Of a stretch of 64,000 bases of DNA, positions 1 through 13,720 are shown piece after piece. Source of the DNA: the human T2T-CHM13v2.0 reference genome, Homo sapiens. A model generated the notes under the pieces. The model made no database searches. It worked only from the letters and a program-made list of their open reading frames with translations, and was not told the DNA's origin. The stretch is taken from NCBI RefSeq assembly GCF_009914755.1, contig NC_060947.1; one strand, 5' to 3'. Position 1 is the first letter of the stretch. Each line of letters begins with the position of its first letter. Both the position numbers and the translations under genes were made by a program.

Positions 1-446
1 AGCAGTCAATATCCATTCTCCCAGAATCTATCATCCTAATCCTTGGGCGGCCATTAATTTACTTTTGTCTATATAGATTCCCCTATTCTGTACATTTCAT
101 ATAAAGAGTATCATACGTTCTGCATTTTTTGTGATTGACTTTTTTCACTTACCATAATGTTTTCAAGGATCATCCGTGTTGTATCATATATCAGTACTTT
201 ATACATTTTTATTGTTGAATAATATTCCATTGTATAGACATACCACATTTTATTTATCTATTCATCAGTTGATGGACATTTGGGTTGTTTCCACTTGGCT
301 ATAATGAATAATGATGCTATGTACATTTGTGTACAAGTTTTTGCATGGATGTATGTTTTCAATTCTCTTGGATATCTACCTAGAAGTGGAATTGCTGGGT
401 CATGTGGTAACTATATAGTTAACTTAACTTTCAGAGGAACTGCCAA

Positions 447-755
<309 letters not shown>

Positions 756-864
756 TAAAGCAACTGCACCATTTTATATCTCCACCACAGTGTATGAGGG
801 TTTCAATTTTTCCACAAAATGAATAACACTTGTCATTGTCTGTCTTTTCTATTTTAACTGTCCT

Positions 865-970
865 AGAATAAGCATAAGGAACTAAACACCTAAGCCTATC
901 ATAGTAAAACTGCTGAAAACCCAAATTGAAGATACGATCAAAAAGCAGCCAGAGGAAAAAATGTAAGTCA
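865..970 (+). mobile_element. Short sense-strand old L1 ORF1 fragment
   Basis: acacctaagcctatcatagtaaaactgctgaaaac...aaagcagccagagg resembles the L1 ORF1 TPRHIIVKLLK...KAAR coding segment. Confidence 0.6.
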
Positions 971-971
971 C

Positions 972-1260
972 TTTTATTTATTTATGAGATAGGGTCTCTG
1001 TCTGTCACCTAAGCTGGAGGGTGGTGGTACAGTCACCTCTCACTGCAGCCTCTACCTCCTGAGCTCAAGTGATCCTCCTGCCTCAGCCCTCCCAATTAGC
1101 TGGGACTACAGGCATGTGCCACCACACCTGGCTATTTTTTTTATAGAGATGAAATCTTGATATGTTGCCAGGCTGGTCTTGAACTCCTGGACTCAAGTGA
1201 TCCTTCCATGTCAGCCTCCCAAAGTGCTGGGATTACAGGCATAAGCCACCACTCCCAACC
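972..1260 (-). mobile_element. AluJ
   Basis: AluJ diagnostics agggtctc, cactgcagcctc, gagctcaagtgatcctcctgcctcagcc. Confidence 0.92.
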
Positions 1261-1475
1261 TCATTGAGGTTTTGATTTGCATTTCTTGAATGACTAATAA
1301 TGTTGAGCATCTTTTGTGTAACTTCTGTGGTGCAATGTCCAAATATTTTCCCATTTTGATTAAGTTATTTATCTTCTTATTAGTGAGCTGTAAGTTTTCT
1401 TTATATATTCTGAATAATATTGTTTTGTCGCGTATATGATTTTTACAGTCTGGGACAGAATTTCTACTTACATAA

Positions 1476-1883
<408 letters not shown>

Positions 1884-2186
1884 TAATATTAGGAAACCTT
1901 TGCTTATCCCAAGGTCAAAACAAATTTTCCATCTTTGTTTTCTTCTATAAATTCTATAGTTTTAGCTTTTATATTTTGAGCTATAATAAATTGAGAGTTA
2001 ATTTTTACATACGGTTTTTGATAATGATCTAGGTTCACTTTGTTTTATGCATATGGTTATCAAATTGTCTCAGTACTATTTGTTGAAAAGACTATTCTTC
2101 CCTTAGCAATTTGGTTCAATAACTTTAATGAACATCAATTTAGCATAAATACAATGATATTCTCTGTGCTTTCTATTATTTTTCAT

Positions 2187-4605
2187 GTTTCTTAGTTGGT
2201 TTGTGCTGCTGTAACAGACTATTTGAGACTGGGTAATTTATAAATAAAATAAATTTGTTTCTCACAGTTCTAGAGCCTGGGAAGTTCAAGATCAAGGAGC
2301 CGGCATCTGGTGTTTGTCAAAGGCCTTATTGTTGCCTCCTCCAGAGGTGAAGAATGTTGTGTCTTTACATGGCAGAAGGCAGAAGGTCAATGACTGTCTT
2401 CATCAAGCCCTTTTATAATGGCATTAATTTATTCATGAGGACAGAGCCCTCATAACCTAAACATCTCCCCAAAGACCCAACCTCCCAACAGTTGCACTGG
2501 GGATTAAGTTTCTAATATGTGGATTTTGGGAGACACATTCAGAATATAGCATTTTGCTTCTGGACTCTCAAAATTCACGTCCTTCTTACATGCAAAATAC
2601 ATTCATTCTATCCCCAAAGCACCCAAAGTCTTAACTCATTCCAGTATCAACTCAAAAGCCTAAAATCCAGAGTCTTATCTAAATTAAATACGGGTGAGAC
2701 TCAAGACACGATGCATCCTGAGGCAAACTTCCCTCCATCTGTGAGGCTGTGAAATCAAACAAGTTATGCATTTCTAAAATATAGTGGTGGGATAGGCACA
2801 GGTTATACAATTCTATCACAAAAGGGAGAAATAGGAAAGGAGAAAAGAGTAGTGGGTCCCAAGTAGGTCCAAAACCCAAAAGGACGAACATCATTAAATC
2901 TTAAGGCCGGAGAGTTATCTTCTTTGACTTTATATCCCACCTTCCAGACTTACTGGGGCAGAGGTTGGGTGTCCAAGGCTCCCCAAAACCCTACCCCCAT
3001 GGTTCTCATGGTTTGGAGTCAGATGCCTGTAACTACGTCAGGCTGATGTGGAATACTGGTAACTCTACAAGTCTGAGACCTCAGGGGCAGCCCTGTTTCC
3101 ATGGCTCCATTAGGCATCGCCCTAGTGGGAACTCTCTGTGAGAGACCTGCCTCTTTGACAGGTGTCTGCCTGGGCCCTGAGGCTGTCTAAGACATCCTTT
3201 GAAATCTAGGTGGAGGAAGCCGTGCCTCCACAGCTTTTACACTTTGTATGCCTGCAGAATTAGTACCACAGGGATGCTGCCAAGGCTTACCACATGTGCC
3301 CTCTGGACCAGTGGTTTGAGTTACACTGGGGCCTGCTTGAGCCACAGCTGGGGTGGGCCAAGGAGTACTGCACTATAATGTGGAGAGCACAGACCTGAGG
3401 TGACCCTTGGCAGTGAGCCCTGAGGTCTTGCAGGTACCCTGGGCCCCTTAATGAAAATCATTCTACTCCAAAGGGCCTAGTACTCTGAGCCTGTGGTGAA
3501 AAGGATAGCTTAGAAGATCCCTGAAATGTCTTCAGGATCACTCTCTCATAGTCTTGGTGAACAAAATCTGGCTTCTTTCTATTCATACTAATCTCCTTAT
3601 CAAAAAGTTGTTGGCCATGCTCTTAGTTTTCTCTACTAATCACACTTTTAAATTCTTGATATGGCCAGGCTGAGAATTTTCCAAATCTTTACATTCTGCT
3701 TTCCTTTTAATTATAAGGTTTGTCTTCAAATAATTTCTTATGGCGTTTTACTATAAACAGTTAAGAGAAGCCATGCAGTGTCCTGAACAATCTGCTCCTT
3801 AGAGCTTTTTTTCTGCCAAATATCTCACTTCCTTGCTCTTAAGTTCTGCTTTCCATAAAGTCCCGGGACATAGACAATTTAGCCCAGTTCTTTGCCACTT
3901 TAAAATAAAGATGACCTTTTCTTCAGTTTCTGGCACATTGTTCCTCCTTTCCACCTGAGACTTCATCAGAACAGTCTTTATTGCCCACATTTCTAGCAAC
4001 ATTCTGTTCGCAATCATTTATGTAATTTCTAAGAAGAGTGAAGCTTTCTCTATAGCTCTTCTCCTTCTGAGCCCTCACCAGAATCACTCTTAATGCTGTA
4101 TTCATGTTAATACAGACTTTTTTCCAGGATTCACTTCAAAACTGTTCCAGCCTCTACCTATTACCCAGTTCAAAAACAGCTTCCAGATTTTAAAGTATTT
4201 GTTATAGCAACATCCCATTCCTCTGGTACCAATTTTTGTCTTAGTAGTTTTGTGCTGCTAAAACGGAATATCTGAGACTGGGTAGTTTATAAAGAACATA
4301 AATTTATTTCTCACAGTTCTGGAGGCCAGGAAGTCCAAGAAGGCATTGGCATCTGGTGCCTGGTGAGAGCCTTCTTGCTGCATTCTCTGGAGGGGAAAAA
4401 TGTTCTGTCATCACATGGTAGAAGGTGGAAGTCCAACAGAGCAAGCTCCCCCAATCAAACCCTTTTATAACAGCATTAATGCATTCATAAGGGCAGAGTC
4501 TTTATAACTTAAACACTTCCAAAACATCCTACCTCCTAACACTGTTGCATTGTTGGATTAAATTTCCAACACATGCATTTTGGAGGACACATTTAGACCA
4601 AAGCA
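2187..4605 (-). mobile_element. Full-length ERVL-MaLR provirus (MSTD/MLT1A-like): LTR 2187-2551, internal 2552-4236, LTR 4237-4605
   Basis: Two similar ~365 bp direct repeats (cttagt...tgtgctgct...gagactgggta...ctcacagttct...acacatt...agca) flank ~1.7 kb of MaLR internal sequence; the host L1 resumes at 4606. Confidence 0.9.
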
Positions 4606-4975
4606 CTATTGATATACGTGTCTATCATTAAGCCAGGATCATTCTGTCTTTATTAATGTAGATTTATCGTAAATTTTTTAATGTGGTAGTTTAACGTCTC
4701 TCACATTTTTCTTCACTTTCAAAATCATTTAGGCTATTCTTGGTACATTGCATTTCCATATGGGACTTAGCATCAGCTTGTTAATTTTTCCAATAAGGCT
4801 GCTCAAATTTTTACAGAGATTTCATCAACTCTATAAGGCACTACAGGAAAACATCCATTTTAACAATATTGAGCCTCCAATCTATGAACATGAATTTTCT
4901 ATTTATCTTAGATTTTTCTAATTTCTCTCATCGATAATTGGTAGCTTTCAGTGTAACTTACTTGTGCACTTTTAA
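4606..4975 (-). mobile_element. Continuation of the host L1M ORF2
   Basis: Degenerate antisense ORF2 (ccattttaacaatattgagcctccaatctatgaaca). Confidence 0.75.
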
Positions 4976-4984
4976 AAATCAAAT

Positions 4985-5487
4985 AATTTTTTGTTGTGGT
5001 AAAAATATACATAACTTAAAATTTATTATTGCCACAATTTTAAGTGTACAGTTTGGTGGCATTAAGTACATTCACATTATTGTACAACCATCACCAGCAA
5101 GCATCTCTAGAACTTTTTCATCTTCTCCAACCAAAACTTTATACAAATTAATCATTAGGTCCCCATTCCACAGCATTTTCCACCTACAGCCTCTGGCAAC
5201 CACCATCTTACTTTCTATCTCCATGTATTTGACCACTATAGGTACCTCACATAAGTGGAATCTTACAATATTTTTTTAACTGACTAATTTCCCTCAACAT
5301 AATGTCTTCAGGGTTCTTTCATGTCTTGGCATGTGTAAGAATTTCCCACCCTTTTAAGGGTTAATAGCATCCCATTGTATGTATATGTTAAATTTTATGT
5401 AATCATTCTTTCATCTATGAATATGGTTTGCATCGTCTTTGTAGCTATTATGAATAAGGCTGTTATGAATATGGGTATAAAAATATT
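4985..5487 (-). mobile_element. 5'-truncated L1MB 3' end
   Basis: taagtgtacagtt...attaagtacattcacattattgtacaaccatcacc; degenerate TSD cacttt(t)aaaaat(c/t)aaat at ~4967 and ~5491. Confidence 0.8.
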
Positions 5488-5529
5488 GCACACTTTAAAA
5501 ATTAAATTTAAACCTACTTATGCATCATT

Positions 5530-8260
5530 ACTTTATTCTTTTTTATGGCTGTATATTATTTCATTGTGTGGTTATGTAACATTTTGTTTATCCATTCATT
5601 CATTGAGGGGCATTTGTTTTCTTACCCACTTTTTGACTATTATTAAAATGCTGCCATGAACATTTGTGTACAGATTTTTGGGTGAATGTATGTCCTCATT
5701 TTCTTGGACATATAATTAGGAGTAGAGTTGCTGAGCCATATGATGACTCTATGTTTAGCTTTTTGAAGAATGCCAATTTTTTTTTACAGCAGCTGAGTCA
5801 TTTTACATTTCCACTACCAATACATGACGGCTGCAATTTATCCACGCCATTTATAACACATTTTATTGTATATCTTTTTGGTTATAGCCATCCTAGTTGT
5901 GTGAAGTTCATTGTTTCATTGCTGTCTTGATTTGTGCTTCATTAGTGGCTAATATTCTGGAGCATCTTTTCATATGCTTATGGCCATTTTATGTACTCTT
6001 TAGAGAAATATCTATTCAAATGTTTTGCCCATTATAAAATGGGATATTTATGTCTTTATAATTGAATTATATTTTTTATATATTACAGATACAAATCCCT
6101 TATCAGATGCTTGCAAATATTTTGTCCCATTCTGTATATTGTCCTTTCGTTTGATGGAATTGTTTGTAGCAGAAAGTTTTAAGTTGTGATGAAGTCAAAC
6201 ATTTATTTTTTTCTTTTGTTGCTTATGCTTTTGGTGTCATTATCTATAAAGTCTTTGCTTACCTCAAGAGCATGTGGATTAACTCCTACGGTTTCTTCTA
6301 AGAATTTTCTAGTTTTAGCTTTTACATTAGGTCCATGATCGAGTTTTAGTTAATTTTCGTGTATGGTTTAAGGAAGGGGTACAACTTTATTTTTTTGCAT
6401 GTGGATATCCAGTTATTTCATTGCCATTTGTTGAATAAATTATTCTTTCCCCTATTGCACTATCTTGGAACCTTACTGAAACTCAATTGACCATACTGAA
6501 AGTGTGTATTTATGGATTCTCAATTTTGTCTCAACTATCACGTATCTATCCTTATGCTAGTACGTCTTGATCCCTGCAGCTCTGTAGCAAGTTTTGAAAT
6601 TGTAAATGGCATCCTCAAACATTTTCTCCATATTATCTCTTGAATTTCCATATGAATTTTAGGATTAGCTAGTAAATATTTGCAAGCAAAAACTTCCAAA
6701 CAGCTGGGATTTTAATAGAAATTTTGCTGAATCTATAGATTAATTCGGGGGAGGTCAGTGCCACTTTTAGAATATTAAATCTTCTGAAAAAGAATGTATT
6801 TATATTTATATTGATTTTATTTATTTTTCACCAATTTCTAAAGTTTCTTTAACATTGCACTTCCTTTGTTAAATTCATTTCTAAGTATTTTATTCCTTTT
6901 GATGCCATTGTAAACAGAATTGTTGTCAATTTCATTTTGTTCATTGTTTACATAGAGAAATATAATTAATTTTTATATATTTTGTCTTGCAACCTTGCTG
7001 AATTTATTTATAAATATTAGTTCAAGTATTTTAGTATTAATGGTTAATTTCTTAGAATTTTTCCATATAAAAGATCATATCATCCTTGAATGCCAAGAGT
7101 TTTACTTATTTTTTTCAAACCTGGATGCCTTTTATTTCTTTTTATTGCCTACTTGCCTTAGCTAGAACCTCTCATATGCTGTTAAATGGAAGTGTCAAGA
7201 GTGGACATCTTTATCTCATTCCTGGTCTTGGGAAAGCATTCCATCTTTCACCATTAAGTATGATGTTATCTGTGGGTCATCTGTAGATGTCCTTTTTCAG
7301 GTTGAGGAAGTTTCCTTTTATTCCTAGTTTGTTGAGTTTTTTTTTCAACTATGAAATAGTGTTGGATTTTGTCAAATTATTTTCTGCCTATATTGAGGTG
7401 AGCATGTGATTTTTGTCTTTTATTGTATAGGTATTGTGTATTTCATTAATTGTTAAATCAATATTGCATTCTTAGGATAAACCCAACTTGGTCATGGTGT
7501 AAAATACTTTTTGTGTGTTTCTGGATTATTCTACTAGTGTTTTGTGGAGGATTATTTTTTTTATAACAGATATTCATCTGCAGTTTTCTTGCAATGCTTT
7601 TGTCTTGTTTTGTATCATAGCAATATTGGTTTCACAGAATGAGTTTGGGAGTGTTTTCTTCTCCTCTGCCTTTTGAAAGAATTTGTGGAGGATTGGTGTT
7701 AATTCTTTAAATTTCTGATAAAACTTACCTGTGATGCCATCTGGGCCTTGGCTTTTCCTTGTGACATATTTTAAATTACTAATTTGTTTTCTTTACTTGT
7801 TATAGGCCCACTTAGATTATTTCTTCTTCACTTAGCTTCAGAAGTTTGTGCTTTTATAGGAGTTGTCCATTTTATCTAATTTACCAACAACAGTTGACAT
7901 ACTGTTGTTCATAGTATTTCTTTATAATCTCTTTCATTTCTGCAAATTCAGTCCCAATGTACATTTTTCTTTGCTGATTGTAATAATTTTATTTTTCTAT
8001 TTTTTCTGGTTCATCTATCTAAAAGTTAGTCAATTTTGTTGATGTATTTAAATAACCAATTGTGATTTCGTTGATTTTCTCTATTGTTTTTATATTCCCT
8101 ACGTTATTCATTACAAATCTAGCATTTATTATTTTCTCCCTTCTGCTTTAGGTTTAGTTTACTCTTATTTTTCTATTTTCTTAAATAAGTTATTGATTTG
8201 AGATCTTTCTTATTTTATAATATAGGCTTTTAAACTAAAAGCCTATATTAAGCACTACTT
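5530..8260 (-). mobile_element. Old L1M 3' UTR/ORF2
   Basis: Continuous degenerate antisense ORF2 (cccaacttggtcatggtg, gccatctgggccttggcttttc). Confidence 0.85.
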
Positions 8261-9671
8261 TAGCTACGTGACAAGAGTGTATAACTTTTAAGCCAATAGA
8301 GGGGGAAATAAAATAATAAAAATATTCACTCCAAAAGAAAGGAAGAAAGGAAGGGAAAAGGAAAAATAGAGAAAATGGGAGAAATAGAAGTGTATAATAA
8401 AATAGATTTAAGCAAATAGAATCTTGTTCTGTATGGCAGTCAGCTGGGTATATATATGTATAAAAATTCATAGTTCTACACTTAATATTTCTATGTTTTA
8501 TAAAGGTCAATAATGCCTCATTAAGGTGTATTTAAAAACTCAAAATAAAAAGTAATTATATTATGTGGAAAGGGACTAAATATTCCAATTAAGACAAGCT
8601 TGTCAGACAGCTTAAAATCCCAACTACATGCTGTTTACTCGAGAATCTGAAAGGATATAGAAATGTTGAAAGTAAAAAAATGGAAAAGATATGCTATATA
8701 AATTCTAGCCAAAAAGAAAGCTGGTCTAACTGTATTAATCTTGTTAAATTCATTTTAAGCCAAAAATATTTGTAGAAATAAAAAGAGGCACTACATTTAA
8801 AACGGTGAATTTATCAAGAAAATATAAAAACACTAAATATATATGTAACTAATATTATAATTTCAAAACATGTAAAGCAAAATCCAACAAAATTACATAG
8901 AGAAATAGACAAATCTACAATCATGATTAGAGATTTTTATATATCTATCTTGGTAACCAATCAAGTAAACAACAATAAATACTAAGAATAAAGAATCTTT
9001 GAGCACGTAATTTAAATACTTGATTGAATTGTTACATATAGAATAGTACATCCAATAATTGCATAAAACACATTGTCTTAAGCACACATGGGACATACAT
9101 AAAAATTCATTATACACTAGGCCATCAAACAAGTTTCAGCAAATTTCATTGGACTTAAGTAATATAGAGTCAGTTACCTGATCACAGGTGAAGTGAGAAA
9201 TCATTTATGAAATGATACCTAGAAAACACTTACATGTTTAATAATTTAAAATACACTTCTAAGTAATCAATAGGTAAAATAACATATCATAATGGAAATT
9301 TTTAGAAACTACTTTAACTGAATGATAACAAAAATATACTGCATATCAAAACTTGCATTATTCAGTTAAAGCCATGCTCAGAAGGAAATTTGTACAGTAA
9401 CATGAAAAAAATAGAAAAGAAGAAAGGCTGTAATCATTGAGCTAAGCATGTATCAGAAGAAGTTAAAAAGAACAGTAAATTAAATTTATTAAGGAGGTAG
9501 GATATACCAATGATAAGAATGGAGATCAATGAAATAGAAAATGAATGTACTATAGAGAGGGTCGGTATAGACAAAAGTGGATTATTTGAAAATATGAAAA
9601 GAATTGACAGACTCCTGGCAAGACTAACCTAAAAGAAGGAGGAGAAGAAGGAAAAAATAGCTAATGTTATT

Positions 9672-9813
9672 AGTTATTAGTTCATTTTCACACTGCTATA
9701 AAGATACTACCTGAGACTGGGTAAATTATAAACAAAGGAAGTTTAATTGACTCACAGTTCTGCGTGGCTGGGGAAGCCTCAGGAAACTTACAATCATGGC
9801 AGAAGGGGAAGCA
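9672..9813 (-). mobile_element. THE1D/MSTA LTR fragment (3' ~140 bp only)
   Basis: tattagttcattttcacactgctataaagatactacctgagactgggtaa...aggaaacttacaatcatggcagaagg. Confidence 0.88.
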
Positions 9814-10200
9814 TATTGGGGGAACCCGCCCTCAATATTTCAACATACGTTCTTTCTATTTTCCGTAAGTGTCAGCCGGCTGAGAAATAAAGAGAAAGAG
9901 TACAAAGAGAGGAATTTTACAGCTGGGCCTCCGGGGGTGACATCACATATGGGTAGGACCATGATGCCCACCTGAGCCTCAAACCAGCAAGTTTTTTATT
10001 AAGGGTTTCAAAAGGGGAGGGGTGTAAGAACAGGGAGTAGATCACATGCTTCAAAGGGCAAAAAAGAGAACTACTGATAAGGATCCAACAAAGATCACAA
10101 AGCAAAGGGCAAAAAGGAGAACTACTGATAAGGGTCTATGTTCAGGGGTGCACGAATTGTCTTGATAAACATCTTAACAGAAAACAGGGTTCAAGGCAGA
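9814..10200 (-). mobile_element. MER11 (HML-8/HERV-K11 LTR) 3' fragment
   Basis: tattgggggaacccgccctcaatatttcaac...gagaaataaagagaaagagtacaaagag; internal tandem copy of caaagggcaaaaa..agaactactgataagg. Confidence 0.85.
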
Positions 10201-11583
10201 TAAAATATACTGATACATAAAATCCCACAGCAATTCTCATATTTAATGGTGAAATGTTGAAGGCATTCTCTATTAGGTTGGAGATAAGACAAGAGTGACC
10301 ACTATCGCCATTTCTATTTAATATTGTACTGGATAATGCCAGTACACTAACGGAAAAATAGAAAAAAAGAAATAAAAGGTATTATGATTGGAAAGAAAGA
10401 TATAAAACAGTCATCTCCTACAAATATAAGTATTAATAAGTGAGTTTATAAATTTTGTGGTATATAAAGTTAATATGTAAAACTCATACCAGTAGTAGAC
10501 AGAAATATAAATAAAAGCATATAATTTACAATAACATTGAAATGTCAAATGCCTAGGAATAAATCTAACAGTAATCTAACGTTAGATATATAAAGCCTCT
10601 ATACCTAAAACTATAGATCATTATTAAGCAATATTGAAGAACATGTAAAGAAATGAAAGGACACACCCCTTTTCCTAGGATTGAAAGATTCAACTTTAAA
10701 CACATGTCACTTCTTCCCAAACTTGTATATATTTAATGAAATCTCAGTTAAAGTCCCAAGAGGCTTTGTGAAACTTGACAAGCTGATTCTAAAATTTATA
10801 TGGAAATGCAAAGATGAACAAGATCATAGAATTTGCTCCACAACACATGAAGACTTATAAAACAACATTAATTAAGCTTGGTATCAGTACAGAAATAGAG
10901 AAGAAGAGCAAAGGAACAGAACAGCATGCCCAGAAACAGACTTATGCATATTTGGCCACTTGATTTAAGACAAAGCTGGAATTGCAGAGCAGTGGAGAAA
11001 GGGCTGTTTTTCAACGAACAATGTAGGAATAATTTTATAGCAATTTAGAAAGAAAAAAGAAACTTGATTGCAACTTTATGCCATATATAAAAAATTAGTT
11101 TCAGAAGGAATGAAGATCTACATGTGAAAGGCAAGATGACAGAGCTTCTGGGAGATAATTGAATATTTTTATGATGTTGAAGTAAATAAATATTTCTTAA
11201 ACATGCTAAAAAATACTAAAAGGAAAAATTATAAATTTGATAATAAATTTAAGAGCATCTATTCAGGAAACTATTAAGAAAGGGAAAAGATAAGCTACAG
11301 AACATACTTTCAATACATTTATCTGACAAAGAATGCCTGCAAATCCATAGGAAAAAAAGCATGACTATGCACTTCCAAAAACTAGACAACCAAATGACCA
11401 AAAACATGCAAAAAGTTAATCAACTTTCTTAGTTATTAGGAAATTCCACAAAATGTCTATGCAACAAAATGGCTAATATCAAGTGTTGACAAGGATGTGG
11501 TTTAACAAAAACCCTCAGACAATGCTAAGAGGGAATGTATATTGGTAAAACAACTTTGAATAACCATTTGGCTCTTCCACTTA

Positions 11584-11953
<370 letters not shown>

Positions 11954-12149
11954 GTATCCATACCTTATAACCCAGCAGAGTTATAATCTTTATAGATATG
12001 TGTGCATATGGACACCAAGAAACATGTACGAGACTATTCATAATAGCATTTTCTAAATAGCCCCAAACTGGAAACAACCTAAGTATCCATTAACAGTGGA
12101 ATGTATAAGTAAATCATGGTACGTTCATAGAAAATAAAATATTATATAG

Positions 12150-12338
12150 CAGTGATCCTCAAAGTGGGGTTCCTCAACCACTAGCACCAGCATCACCTGG
12201 GAAGTGGTTAGAAGTGCAAATTCTTGAGCCCCATCTTAGGCTGACTAAATCAGAAACTGCAAATTGGGGGCCTAGAAATCTGTGTTTTCACAAACCATCT
12301 GGGTGATTCTGATACACTCTCAAATTTGAGAATCACTA
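12150..12338 (+). mobile_element. MER5A (hAT-Charlie MITE)
   Basis: cagtgatcctcaaagtg...catcacctgggaagtggttagaagtgcaaattctt...ggtgattctgat...tttgagaatcact; terminal inverted repeats. Confidence 0.92.
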
Positions 12339-13429
12339 CTCTACAGCAAGGAAATGAATCAACTGCAGCAATATGCAGCAAGATACATGAACCTCACAAA
12401 TGCAATGCTGACTATGAGAAGCCATATATAATATGCACTACATGATTTTATTTATATGAAGCTTCAAAAATTAAGCAACACAAAACAACAATGTTTAAGG
12501 ACACATGCCAAGGTAGGAAACTTATAAAGAAAATCAAGAATATGCTTACTATAAAAAAAGACATACTGGTTACCTCTGGGTGAGGAAGGAGCAGGTAGAG
12601 ATTTAAAACTACCTTGATGGGGATGGGTCTGGAGGCAAATTTTTATTTCTTTATATGGGTGGGTATTTAAGAGTTGTTTGTGATAATTCATTTAGCTGTA
12701 CTTTGTTCTGTGCTCTTCTATTTTCTCTCTCCCTCCCTCATAAATATATATAAGAAAAAATATATAATATGTATTATATAAAAAATATAATATATATTAT
12801 AACATAATATACAATATAATACATATAACATAATATATAATAAAATATGATATACTATTCTCATACAATATATATAATATATATGAGAATATACATATTC
12901 TCATATAATATATATTCCAAATTACATATAATAATGTATATAATATAAAATAAAATATATTATATAAAATATATATTCTATATTATACACAATATATAAT
13001 AAAATATATTATATACAATATATCTTCTATATTCTATATAATATCTAATATCTAATATATTATATTAAATGCAATATATGATATATAATATATAATATAT
13101 TAAATTCTATATATTATATATAATATCACATAATATTGTATTATATATTATATTATCGACAATATATTATATTATACATCATAATATATATACTATATAT
13201 AATATATATATTAAATACTATACATACTATATACAATATATTATATATATTATATATATTAGATAATATAACATATATTATATATTATATAATATAATAT
13301 ACATTATATATTACATGATATAAAGTAAGTTATATATAATACATAATACAATACGTATCATATATATTACATAAGATATATTATATATATAACATAATAT
13401 AATATATATTGTATATATTACATAATATA

Positions 13430-13720
13430 TATATTATATAAATGACATAACCTAATATATATTATATATATTACATAACATTCATATATATTATATATAT
13501 TACATAACATAATATATATTATATATATTACATAACATAATATATATTATATATTACATAACATAATATATATTATATATATTACATAACATAATATATA
13601 TTATATATATTACATAACATAATATATTATATATATTACATAACATAATATATTATATATATTACATAACATAATATATATTATATATTACATAACATAG
13701 TATATATTATATATTACATA
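13430..13720. repeat. 24-28 bp minisatellite block (TACATAACATAATATATATTATATATAT)
   Basis: About ten near-identical units differing by TA dinucleotide slippage. Confidence 0.9.
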
